Below are positions 1-8,335 of a stretch of DNA of 64,000 bases, piece by piece. The position numbers and the translations under genes were made by a program. The notes under the pieces are model-generated. The model did no database searches, was not told where the DNA came from, and saw only the letters and a list, made by a program, of their open reading frames with translations. Where the stretch lies: assembly GCA_964655705.1 (NCBI GenBank), contig CAZZPP010000001.1, positions 90,534 through 154,533 on the forward strand, read 5' to 3'. Origin of the DNA: an uncultured Candidatus Saccharibacteria bacterium (GTDB taxonomy: Bacteria > Patescibacteriota > Dojkabacteria > SC72). Each line of letters opens with the position of its first letter. Position 1 is the stretch's first letter.

Positions 1-24
1 ATATACTTTAATACAAATTTCTTA

Positions 25-507
25 ATGGATTTAATATTAATAGGGATATCCTCAATATTACTCTTCATTCTTTTTCTTAATGTAAAAAGCTCTTTCAAGA
101 AGGTTTACAGTATAGAAGCACAAACAAGAGCCGTATTTGATTTTATGTGTATTGCATCCTTTTACATGTTACTAAGTGTGATAATAAGATTAGGGATATC
201 AATATGGGTTTCAGTATTAATAATTGCAATATCTTCTTTAATATTCTTTTGGTCTGACATTAAGATTCATAGAAAAGAGAGTATGCCTGGATTAATAATG
301 AGTTTCATATCAGCAATATTTGTAGCAATAACCTCATGCATATTTTTCAATACCAATATATTCATATTACCTGCAATAGGGACCCTCTCCTTTTACTTAA
401 TTCTCTCGTTATGGAATATTCGGTTTTCTGGTAAGATTAAGTTCATTGAATATTTACCACCTTTCATATATTCAATACTTGCATTAATTTTAATCCTAAA
501 TTTATGA
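25..507 (+). CDS. hypothetical integral membrane protein (about 4 predicted TM helices)
   Basis: 160-aa ORF made almost entirely of hydrophobic helices. Its TGA stop overlaps the next gene's ATG (ATGA). No recognisable catalytic motif. Confidence 0.4.
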   Translation: MDLILIGISSILLFILFLNVKSSFKKVYSIEAQTRAVFDFMCIASFYMLLSVIIRLGISIWVSVLIIAISSLIFFWSDIKIHRKESMPGLIMSFISAIFVAITSCIFFNTNIFILPAIGTLSFYLILSLWNIRFSGKIKFIEYLPPFIYSILALILILNL

Positions 508-1208
508 AAAAAGACATAGTAATCAAAGTAGGAGGCTCAATACTCTATGACCATCTCCTAAATATTAATTTTGATCTATTCAAAAGACTCAAAGAATGGT
601 ATTTAGGAAACAAGAAGGAGTATGACCATATTGTATTTGTTGTAGGAGGGGGAAGGCTATCTAGGGAAATGGAGAATAAGGTGGCGGAATCTGTTAAAGA
701 TATCCAAGGAATACACAATATTGCAATGTCAATTACACAAACCAATTCAATAATCCTTGCCTCATATATTAATGACAAAGAAATCTTCGTACCTAAAACA
801 TTAGGAGAAGCATATGAATTTCTACACTCTAGTGAAAAAGGATATATGGTTAGTGGGGGACTTAAGGTAGGTTGGAGTACAGATATGGATGCAGCAGTAT
901 TTGCAGATGCATTAATACTAGATAGAGTCTACAAAGTATCAAACATTGACTATATATATGACAAAGATCCAAAAGAATTCTTTGAGGCTAGACCTATTAA
1001 GGATATGACTTGGAAGGAGTACTTTAAAATGTTCTCAATACTTCCCAATGAAGAACACACTCCAAATTCCCATATGCCAGTTGACGCCAAGTGCTCGCTG
1101 TTCTGTGCAAAAAAGAATATATCTTACAATGTAACAGGAGGTAAACTACTCTATGAGAATGACTCACTTAAAAAGATTCTTAAACAGGGGACATTTATAC
1201 ACAACTAA
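504..1208 (+). CDS. amino-acid kinase family protein, UMP-kinase-like
   Basis: N-terminal IVIKVGGS and VVGGG glycine-rich kinase motifs; WSTDMDAAVFADAL...YDKDP region resembles the nucleotide-binding segment of UMP/carbamate kinases. Confidence 0.5.
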   Translation: MKKDIVIKVGGSILYDHLLNINFDLFKRLKEWYLGNKKEYDHIVFVVGGGRLSREMENKVAESVKDIQGIHNIAMSITQTNSIILASYINDKEIFVPKTLGEAYEFLHSSEKGYMVSGGLKVGWSTDMDAAVFADALILDRVYKVSNIDYIYDKDPKEFFEARPIKDMTWKEYFKMFSILPNEEHTPNSHMPVDAKCSLFCAKKNISYNVTGGKLLYENDSLKKILKQGTFIHN

Positions 1209-1679
1209 CTATTCAACATCAACAATTTTACACTCCATTTTTCCAGAAGGAGACTCAATATTAATCTTTTCTCCCTTCTTTTTACCTATGAGACTACTCC
1301 CAATTGGGGATTTGTATGATATCTTTGATTCTAGAGGATTTGCTTCATTCTCTCCAACAATTGTATACTTTCTAATCTGTCCTTTACCACACTCAATTGT
1401 TACATGAGACCCAATATCTATAGTAGAACTCTTTTTCTTCTTAACAATAACTGCTCTTTCTAATGTTGCTCGTATACTGAGAATCTTTTCCTCATTAGCT
1501 TGAAAATCATCAACAGCCATTGTATACCCATCATTCTCTTTTAAATCTCCCTGGCTTCTCATCTGATTAAGGGTCTCTTGAAGTTTCTTTCTAAGGTCCC
1601 CCTCCCTATATTTAAGTTCATCTTTTAGTTTCTCGTAACCCTCCTTTGTTAGCAGTACTTGAGAATTCTCCCTTGTCAT
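1209..1679 (-). CDS. greA: transcription elongation factor GreA
   Basis: 156 aa. N-terminal coiled coil with an acidic tip (GDLKENDGY) and the C-terminal FKBP-like motif ISYKSPIGSSLIGKKKGEKI typical of GreA. Confidence 0.85.
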   Translation of the reverse strand: MTRENSQVLLTKEGYEKLKDELKYREGDLRKKLQETLNQMRSQGDLKENDGYTMAVDDFQANEEKILSIRATLERAVIVKKKKSSTIDIGSHVTIECGKGQIRKYTIVGENEANPLESKISYKSPIGSSLIGKKKGEKINIESPSGKMECKIVDVE

Positions 1680-1731
1680 ACCCTTAGGGATTTAAATTTA
1701 TATCGTGCAATAATATATATATTTAAAATGG

Positions 1732-1760
1732 TTGTCAATGATTAACAATCTGTTTATCAA
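1732..1760 (+). promoter_or_regulatory. candidate sigma70-like promoter for tRNA-Glu/trmD (TTGTCA-N17-TATCAA; alternative -10 TAGAAT at 1776..1781)
   Basis: Hexamers read directly upstream of the tRNA. The match to consensus is weak, so this is tentative. Confidence 0.2.
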
Positions 1761-1792
1761 AAGACGTATTTATGATAGAATTACCCTGTTAT

Positions 1793-1867
1793 GCCGCTAT
1801 CGTCTAACGGTTAGGACGCATGATTCTCAATCATGCAATCAGGGTTCGATTCCCTGTAGCGGTACCA
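1793..1867 (+). tRNA. tRNA-Glu (anticodon CTC), CCA encoded
   Basis: Manual cloverleaf: 7-bp acceptor GCCGCTA/TAGCGGT with G1-U72; D-arm GTCT-AACGGTTA-GGAC typical of tRNA-Glu; anticodon stem CATGA/TCATG with loop TTCTCAA; T-arm CAGGG-TTCGATT-CCCTG; discriminator A followed by CCA. Confidence 0.85.
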
Positions 1868-1875
1868 TTTTTACT

Positions 1876-2526
1876 ATGATACATTTTGATATTGTAACAA
1901 TCTTTCCTGAAGTAATATCTGCATACACAAATAGCAGTATAGTAAAACGTGCACAAGAGAAAGGATTAATAAAAATAGATATACACAATCTAAGAGATTG
2001 GGCTTTAGATAAGCATAAGAGTGTAGATGATACCCCATATGGAGGAGGACCAGGAATGGTAATGAAAGTAGAACCGATATATAACTGTTTAAAAGACTTA
2101 AAAAAAGAAAACAGTATAGTAATATTAACATCCCCCAAAGGAGAGAAATTAGTACAAAGTAAATTACATGAACTATCACAAAATAAAGATTCACATTACA
2201 TAGTACTCTGTGGACACTATGAAGGATTTGATCAAAGAGTACATGATAATTTAGTAGATTGGGAATTCTCCATAGGAGAGTATGTCCTATCTGGAGGAGA
2301 GCTACCAGCACTAATCCTCATAGATGGAATAACAAGGTTAATACCAGGTGTATTAGGAAATGAGCAGTCTCTAATCTCTGAAACCTTTAATACAGATACT
2401 CCAGACTATCCAACATATACTAAACCAGAGATATTTCTTAACTGGAAGGTACCAGAGACACTGTTAAGTGGTAATCACAAAGATATTAAGGAGTGGAGAG
2501 AGAAAATGTCAAAAATGAGTAAATAG
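1876..2526 (+). CDS. trmD: tRNA (guanine37-N1)-methyltransferase TrmD
   Basis: DIVTIFPE and DDTPYGGGPGMVM SPOUT/TrmD motifs. The ORF-track start at 1732 runs through the tRNA; the real start is the ATG at 1876 (MIHFDIV), 8 nt after the tRNA. Confidence 0.9.
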   Translation: MIHFDIVTIFPEVISAYTNSSIVKRAQEKGLIKIDIHNLRDWALDKHKSVDDTPYGGGPGMVMKVEPIYNCLKDLKKENSIVILTSPKGEKLVQSKLHELSQNKDSHYIVLCGHYEGFDQRVHDNLVDWEFSIGEYVLSGGELPALILIDGITRLIPGVLGNEQSLISETFNTDTPDYPTYTKPEIFLNWKVPETLLSGNHKDIKEWREKMSKMSK

Positions 2527-2601
2527 TTCCACCTTGTGTGATAATCTGAAATAGAATAGAATAATAAAGATACCTGTAAGATAACTTTTTTACGTTTCCC
2601 A

Positions 2602-3078
2602 ATGTTCCCAATAAGAAAAGAAAAATTCAAGATAACAAAGGAGAAAGAGAAAGAACTCATTAATGAATTAGAAGAACTAAACCAAGAGTTAGTAGAAATT
2701 GCCAATAGAATGGAAGAATCTAGAAGAGATGACTCTGATGAAGACAGTTCAATACTTGGAACCATATCTGTTGAGAAAGAAGGAATCCAAAAACAAATTA
2801 AGGAAATAAGCCAGATTCTAGATAACTATGAAATAATTGAAGAAGGGAATGTATGTGAACCAGATAAAATTAAACTTGGGTCCTCAATTAAAGTTAAGGA
2901 TGGAGATAAGATACTACAGTTTAAATTAGTATCATCTCTTGAAGCTGATCCATTAAAAAACTATATATCTGACAAATCTCCTCTAGGAAAGAAATTACTA
3001 AAAGCTAAAGTGGGAGATACTGTGACAGTAATAGTAAGAACAAATATCATTAGATACAAGATATTAGAAGTTTGTTAG
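2602..3078 (+). CDS. GreA/GreB-family paralog with a divergent N-terminus (Gfh1-like?)
   Basis: C-terminal ISDKSPLGKKLLKAKVGDTV matches the Gre FKBP-like domain. The N-terminal coiled coil lacks the GDL-EN acidic-tip motif and instead carries ESRRDDSDEDSS. Confidence 0.7.
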   Translation: MFPIRKEKFKITKEKEKELINELEELNQELVEIANRMEESRRDDSDEDSSILGTISVEKEGIQKQIKEISQILDNYEIIEEGNVCEPDKIKLGSSIKVKDGDKILQFKLVSSLEADPLKNYISDKSPLGKKLLKAKVGDTVTVIVRTNIIRYKILEVC

Positions 3079-4367
3079 TTAATAACTGAGTTTAAGTCCT
3101 CAATCTTAACTCTTTTCTGTTTCATTGTATCCCTATCTCTTACTGTAACTGTATCATTCTCTAAAGATTCATAATCAATTGTAATACAGTGTGGAGTACC
3201 AATCTCATCCTGATACCTATATCTCTTACCAATATTACCTCTGTCATCCCATACTACCTTGTTACCCTCTGAAAGCAAGTTAAATATATCTCTAGCCTTT
3301 TTAACAATATCCTCCTTGTTATTTACCAATGGGAATATGGCTACCTTGTAAGCAGCAATATCTCTGTGAACCTTAAGTACCGTCCTAATATTCCCATTAC
3401 CCAAATCTTCCTCCTCATATGCATCTAAGAGTAAAAAGAACAGTGTCCTATCTATACCACCAGAAGTCTCAACGATCCATGGAATATATTTCTCATTTGT
3501 TTTAGGATCTGTATATGAGAGATCCTTGTTAGAGAATTTACTATGTTGTGTTAAATCATAATCAGCTCTCCAGTGTATACCCTCATTCTCTGCCCAACCC
3601 CAATCCGTCTTGTATTCAATATCAAATGCTTTCTTAGCATAGAAGACTAGTTTCTCTTTAGGATGTTCGTAGAATCTCAAATTCTCTTCCTTTCTGTAAA
3701 GAGTCTTGAAAAAATTCATCCGCTCCTCTTTCCAGAACTCAAACCATCTCTCCATTTCACTAGGATGAACAAAAAACTGTAAATCCCACTGTTCAAACTC
3801 TCTAGTTCTAAATGTTAATTTGTTAGGAGTAACCTCATTTCTAAAAGCTTTACCAATCTGAGCAATACCAAAAGGAATTTGCTGTCTAGTAGAATCAACA
3901 ACATTTTTAAAATCTAAATATATATTCTGACAAGCCTCACCTCTAAGGTATGCATCCATTTTCTCTCCCTCCAATACTCCTACTTCTGTCTTAAACAACA
4001 TATTGTATTTTCGACTCTCAGTAAACTCAATCCCACCACATTTAGGGCACTTCTCATCAATATCTTCTGGCCTAAATCTTTGATGACACTTCTTACACTC
4101 TACTACCTCATCAGCAAAGCCTGTAAGATGCCCTGATGCCTCCCAGACCTTTGGATGGGTAATAATGGTCCCATCAATACCTACAACATTCTCTCTTCTG
4201 TCTACAATATTCCTCCACCAATATCTCTTTAAATTGTTTTTCATCTCTACACCAACAGGCCCGTAGTCATAGAAGCCTCCCATACCACCATATATTTCAG
4301 AATTAGGAAATATTATTCCTCTTCTTTTTGCTAAAGCTGTAATCTTTTGTAAAGTGTCCTCTGCCAT
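3075..4367 (-). CDS. glyQS: glycyl-tRNA synthetase (class II, homodimeric alpha2 type)
   Basis: GGMGGFYDYGP, the Zn-binding CKKCHQRF...CPKCGG segment, and a class II core with an anticodon-binding C-terminus. Its end overlaps the convergent gre paralog by 4 nt. Confidence 0.9.
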   Translation of the reverse strand: MAEDTLQKITALAKRRGIIFPNSEIYGGMGGFYDYGPVGVEMKNNLKRYWWRNIVDRRENVVGIDGTIITHPKVWEASGHLTGFADEVVECKKCHQRFRPEDIDEKCPKCGGIEFTESRKYNMLFKTEVGVLEGEKMDAYLRGEACQNIYLDFKNVVDSTRQQIPFGIAQIGKAFRNEVTPNKLTFRTREFEQWDLQFFVHPSEMERWFEFWKEERMNFFKTLYRKEENLRFYEHPKEKLVFYAKKAFDIEYKTDWGWAENEGIHWRADYDLTQHSKFSNKDLSYTDPKTNEKYIPWIVETSGGIDRTLFFLLLDAYEEEDLGNGNIRTVLKVHRDIAAYKVAIFPLVNNKEDIVKKARDIFNLLSEGNKVVWDDRGNIGKRYRYQDEIGTPHCITIDYESLENDTVTVRDRDTMKQKRVKIEDLNSVIN

Positions 4368-4447
4368 GAATATATATCTTAATCTTAACTCCCTAATTAT
4401 ACATCATCTCCTTTATGTGTATAGCACATATTTGATAATATGGAGAT

Positions 4448-5320
4448 ATGGCAATTGGAAAAACAATATCCATCACTTCAGGAACCCTTTTGGTAGTAGC
4501 GACCTTCCTCTCAATTTTCTTTCTTAGAGCAAAAGCAAACTTCAAACAAGAGACATCAGAGGTCATATCCGCTCAAACTACTTTGTTAGAGGAAGATATT
4601 CCTAAGCAGGAGGAGAGTTACTCTGTTTCAGTCTGTGATACTACAAGTTGTATATGGATATCAAGTGAAGGATTGGAAAAGGAGGGAGTACTAGATGAGA
4701 ATGCAATATATCAAAGAGTACTAGATAGTGTATTACCATATTTTGAGCAAAAGTATGGTGGTAAAACAGTAGCCAAAAATCGTGCGGGTAGCTTCATATA
4801 TTGGAAGGAAGATCTAATCCCTGATTTTGAAAACATATTTGTGGATATATACAAGGCATTTAAGTTAGGAATTAACAACTCTGTTAATATTGAGATTAAT
4901 GATTTACCAGGAACAGATGGTAAGTATTCTCAAAGATATATTGAGGTAGATGACTCCAAGCAGAAACTCTATGCTTGGGTTGATGGAAAGGTTGTCAAAG
5001 AGATACCCCTCTCTGCTGCAAAAGAGGGATTTCAGGTATTTGGGGTATTCCCAATAGTGGATAAAGGGGTTTCCCCAATCGCTCCAGGAGAGAAATATAT
5101 GCCCTACTGGATGGCTTTCTACTACTCTCCTAAACAAGACTCTTGGTATGGATTACATGCCTTAATATGGTGGTACGATGAAAATGGTAAAAGAGTATAC
5201 GAGCCTGAAACCAACATCGGTATTAGAAGAAGTAGAGGGTGTATTCGTATGTTAGTAGAAGATGCAAAATATCTGTATGAGATATATGAGAAGGGAGATC
5301 CCATATTGATACATGAATAG
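4448..5320 (+). CDS. L,D-transpeptidase (YkuD domain) with N-terminal membrane anchor
   Basis: C-terminal HALIWWYDENG...RRSRGCIRM contains the catalytic His and the SxGCIRM Cys motif of L,D-transpeptidases. An N-terminal TM helix is present. Confidence 0.75.
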   Translation: MAIGKTISITSGTLLVVATFLSIFFLRAKANFKQETSEVISAQTTLLEEDIPKQEESYSVSVCDTTSCIWISSEGLEKEGVLDENAIYQRVLDSVLPYFEQKYGGKTVAKNRAGSFIYWKEDLIPDFENIFVDIYKAFKLGINNSVNIEINDLPGTDGKYSQRYIEVDDSKQKLYAWVDGKVVKEIPLSAAKEGFQVFGVFPIVDKGVSPIAPGEKYMPYWMAFYYSPKQDSWYGLHALIWWYDENGKRVYEPETNIGIRRSRGCIRMLVEDAKYLYEIYEKGDPILIHE

Positions 5321-5374
5321 GGGTATGGGTGTGATATAATTCAGGGAAATATATTAATTTTTTCTTTTGTATAT

Positions 5375-6901
5375 ATGGAGGATTCACTAAAGAGTAATTT
5401 ACAGGGACAGAGGCAGGTAAGAATTGAAAAATTAGAAAAGATTAAAAGTTTAGGTATTAATCCATACCCATCTAAATCAGAAAGAGATATCCAGATTGGA
5501 GATATTAAGGGGAACTTTGAAAAGTATGAGAGTAGTGTTCATACGGTTGTTGGTCGTATATTTGGATGGAGAGCTCATGGTAAATTGATATTTGCAGATA
5601 TCAAGGATCAAACAGGAAATATCCAAGTCATTGTGAAAAGTGATTGGTTAGAAAAAGGATTGAAGGAGGGCTATCTTGAGTGGGAGACTTTAGAGTTATT
5701 GGATCTTGCAGACTTTGTTGAGGTTAAAGGAGAAATTAGTAAGAGCAAAACAGGAGAGATTTCAATATTAGCAAAAAGTATCAAACTCTTGGTTAAAGCC
5801 TTAAGACCAATACCAAGGAAGTTAAAGAACAAAGAGCAGAAATTTAGAAGAAGGTACTTAGATTTAGTAATCAATCCAGAAAGAGTAAAACTCTTTGAAA
5901 GAAAAGCTAAATTCTGGGAAATACAAAGAGAGTTTCTTAAAAAGGAGGGCTTTACTGAAGTAGAGGTACCTGTATTAGAATCAGTTCCAGGGGGGGCTGA
6001 TGCTAAACCCTTTGTAACTCATCATAATGCGCTTGATCTGGATTTATATTTAAGAATATCAACAGAGTTATTTCAAAAAAGATTAATAGGGGGAGGATTT
6101 GAAAAGATCTATGTATTTGGACCAAACTTTAGAAATGAGGGTATGGATGATGAACATCTACAAGAATTCTATGATATCGAGTGGTATTGGGCATATGCTA
6201 ATTACAAAGATAATATGGATTTAGTTAGGAGATTGTTTTTAGAGATTGCACAAAAGATATATGGTAAGACAGAGTTTACTACAAGAGGTCATACATTTGA
6301 TTTAGCAAAGGAATGGGAAGAGATTGATTTTACAGATGTAATTAAACAGAATTTTGGAGTAGATATATTTAAAGATTCAGATGAGAAGATATTAGAAGTA
6401 ACTAAAGAGAAGGGTTTGGAGATTGAGGATGAGAAGAACAGGAATAGGTTGATAGATAGTATGTGGAAATATATTAGAACAACAATTTCTGGTCCAGCTT
6501 TTCTAGTCAATCATCCTATGTTTGTTTCACCTTTAGCTAAATCTAGAGAGGACAATCCTAAAATTACAGAAAGATTCCAGGTGATAATTGCGGGTAGTGA
6601 ACTAGGTAATGGATACTCCGAGATTAATGATCCACAAGACCAGTTGGAGAGATTCCTAGAGCAGCAAAGACTTAGAGAGAGTGGTGATGAAGAAGCACAG
6701 ATGTTAGATATTGATTTTGTAGAGATGTTAGAGTATGGTTTGCCTCCTACTAGTGGGTATGGTCAGAGTGAAAGAGTATTTTGGTTTCTAGAAGATGTCT
6801 CAGGTAGAGAGGGTACACTATTTCCACAAATGAGACCCGAACTAGAACAATCTACGAAAGATATTTACATGGATATATTACCTAAGGGTAAGAAGAAATA
6901 A
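5375..6901 (+). CDS. lysS: lysyl-tRNA synthetase (class II)
   Basis: N-terminal OB fold (GRIFGWRAHGKLIFADIKDQTG); class II motifs FRNEGMDDEHLQEFYDIEWYWAY, GSELGNGYSEINDP, LEYGLPPTSGYGQSERV. Confidence 0.92.
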   Translation: MEDSLKSNLQGQRQVRIEKLEKIKSLGINPYPSKSERDIQIGDIKGNFEKYESSVHTVVGRIFGWRAHGKLIFADIKDQTGNIQVIVKSDWLEKGLKEGYLEWETLELLDLADFVEVKGEISKSKTGEISILAKSIKLLVKALRPIPRKLKNKEQKFRRRYLDLVINPERVKLFERKAKFWEIQREFLKKEGFTEVEVPVLESVPGGADAKPFVTHHNALDLDLYLRISTELFQKRLIGGGFEKIYVFGPNFRNEGMDDEHLQEFYDIEWYWAYANYKDNMDLVRRLFLEIAQKIYGKTEFTTRGHTFDLAKEWEEIDFTDVIKQNFGVDIFKDSDEKILEVTKEKGLEIEDEKNRNRLIDSMWKYIRTTISGPAFLVNHPMFVSPLAKSREDNPKITERFQVIIAGSELGNGYSEINDPQDQLERFLEQQRLRESGDEEAQMLDIDFVEMLEYGLPPTSGYGQSERVFWFLEDVSGREGTLFPQMRPELEQSTKDIYMDILPKGKKK

Positions 6902-7252
6902 ATGGAATCTTTAAAAGAACTTCTTTCTAAATTAAAAGAAGGTAAGAAAGAAGAACAATCTCAAGGAGAGTTATTTGATACAGAGGTATTCTCCAAAAAG
7001 AAGGTGGTTATCAATGACAAGCATAAGTATATATCAAAAGAGTATCAATATTATGGTCTCTCACTAGCAGGTAAATTAGGTGATACTAAAAGAACCACTA
7101 TGTATATTAAATGGGCAAAAGAGAAACCTAGGGTAATACTGGAGAAAGCATATAGTTTTGCTATTGATTACCCAAATGCTAAAGACAGAAGTCGTATCTT
7201 CATTTGGAAGGTAAAGGAGTTGGAGAAGGAGTCTGACTTGAAACAGGAGTAG
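6902..7252 (+). CDS. hypothetical lysine-rich protein
   Basis: 116-aa ORF whose ATG immediately follows the lysS TAA. No recognisable motif. Its 3' end overlaps the convergent nrnA by about 50 nt. Confidence 0.35.
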   Translation: MESLKELLSKLKEGKKEEQSQGELFDTEVFSKKKVVINDKHKYISKEYQYYGLSLAGKLGDTKRTTMYIKWAKEKPRVILEKAYSFAIDYPNAKDRSRIFIWKVKELEKESDLKQE

Positions 7253-8249
7253 TAACTTTTAATATCCTGTTTACAGTATCAAGAACAATGTTAGCAGCAT
7301 GCTCTCCATCATTTGCTACTATTCTAGTAGCTGCAGAGTATTGATGTCCTCCCCCATTTAATGCCTCTGCAATAGTAGAGACCTCTTGATATCCCTTACT
7401 ACTTCTAAATGATACAAGCCATTCATTCTCTGTAGTATACGAGGGTTTAACTATGAATCCCCAGTGTACTCCTTGTATATATCTAACAATATTGTCTCTT
7501 ACAAATTCTTGTGCTCCATTAATCCCAATCTTTGTTAACTTAAGGCTATTAATATCACTCTTGTTAAGATATGTATATGCCATATCATTGATAATATGTA
7601 AATTCTGTATATATACCTTAATTGGAAGTAATGAGTCTACAGGAAACTTGGCACTCTTGTATTCAAATTCCTCTAAATCCAAAGGATATACCTTTCTTAA
7701 CTGAGCCATAAGTCTGTAAGTATCAGGAGTAGTATTGTCATATGCAAATCTCCCAGTATCATATACTATCCCAATCTGTCCCAGAGTAGATATCTCAGGG
7801 GTAATCTTGAACTTCCCTCCCGATACCTCTTTACAGAAATCTAAAATCTGTTCAGTAGTAGAACTCATACTGTTGTTAATAATTACATCCGCATTCATAC
7901 CCTTAGTAGAGTGATGATCCACAATAGCTATCTTAGCCTGGGTAATCTGTATGGTATCTTCTTTCAATATACACATATCCCAACCTACCGCATCAGTAAT
8001 GATAACCAAATCTTCTTGTTGAGTTTCAATAGTTTGGGCAATAATTATCTCATTCATAAAGGGAATCTTTTGTGTTGGGAACTGTCTTGTTTTGAATACA
8101 ACATTCTTTTTTGGATAGAAGGTATTAAGATACTTTTTCAGTATTAAAGAACTTGCAAATGCATCAAAATCTGGTCCTTTATGTGTCAATATCAAAATAT
8201 CATTGGAATTCTCAATTAACTTCTTGAATTTTCTGTACGCCTTTTTCAT
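7200..8249 (-). CDS. nrnA: DHH/DHHA1 phosphoesterase, NrnA-like oligoribonuclease/pAp phosphatase
   Basis: DHH motif IAIVDHHS and DHHA1 GGGH motif (NGGGHQYSAAT). The ~350-aa size is typical of NrnA. Confidence 0.8.
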   Translation of the reverse strand: MKKAYRKFKKLIENSNDILILTHKGPDFDAFASSLILKKYLNTFYPKKNVVFKTRQFPTQKIPFMNEIIIAQTIETQQEDLVIITDAVGWDMCILKEDTIQITQAKIAIVDHHSTKGMNADVIINNSMSSTTEQILDFCKEVSGGKFKITPEISTLGQIGIVYDTGRFAYDNTTPDTYRLMAQLRKVYPLDLEEFEYKSAKFPVDSLLPIKVYIQNLHIINDMAYTYLNKSDINSLKLTKIGINGAQEFVRDNIVRYIQGVHWGFIVKPSYTTENEWLVSFRSSKGYQEVSTIAEALNGGGHQYSAATRIVANDGEHAANIVLDTVNRILKVTTPVSSQTPSPTPLPSK

Positions 8250-8335
8250 ATATGAAAGTATATCAGATTTTGTATTGATAACAGAATATAGAGAGAATAT
8301 AATAAAGGAGAGTAATAATATTTAAACATTTTTAA

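Noticed and set aside
545-778. Antisense or embedded short ORFs of 60–145 aa in the six-frame track that fall entirely inside longer, motif-bearing genes, including: 545..778-; 1153..1407+; 1839..2138-; 1874..2311-; 2475..2765-; 4904..5137-; 5122..5304-; 5671..5874-; 6289..6510-; 7453..7704+; 7911..8147+; 11315..11557+; 12831..13091+; 13836..14119+; 14814..15059-; 14972..15199+; 15099..15305-; 15296..15487-; 15525..15761-; 17685..17867+; 18399..18611-; 19204..19398-; 20419..20607-; 21843..22097-; 23488..23673+; 23981..24178-; 24388..24866 group; 25362..25664+; 26775..27005-; 27288..27485-; 27876..28223+; 29142..29594-; 30431..30631-; 33757..34026+; 34283..34465-; 37589..37879-; 39963..40154-; 40299..40490-; 40722..41090-; 43482..43673+; 47760..48122-; 48316..48537-; 50929..51186-; 54293..54514-; 54622..54816+; 56788..57090-; 59100..59315-; 59362..59553-; 59951..60148-; 63518..63868-
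   Set aside because: Each lies on the opposite strand or in an alternative frame of a gene with clear family motifs. They have low-complexity, Leu/Ile/Ser/Phe-rich compositions expected from antisense translation of AT-rich coding DNA, and no recognisable motifs. Treated as spurious.
1732-1875. N-terminal 48-aa extension of the trmD ORF in the ORF track
   Set aside because: It reads straight through the tRNA-Glu gene (1793..1867) and has no TrmD-like sequence. The true start is the ATG at 1876.
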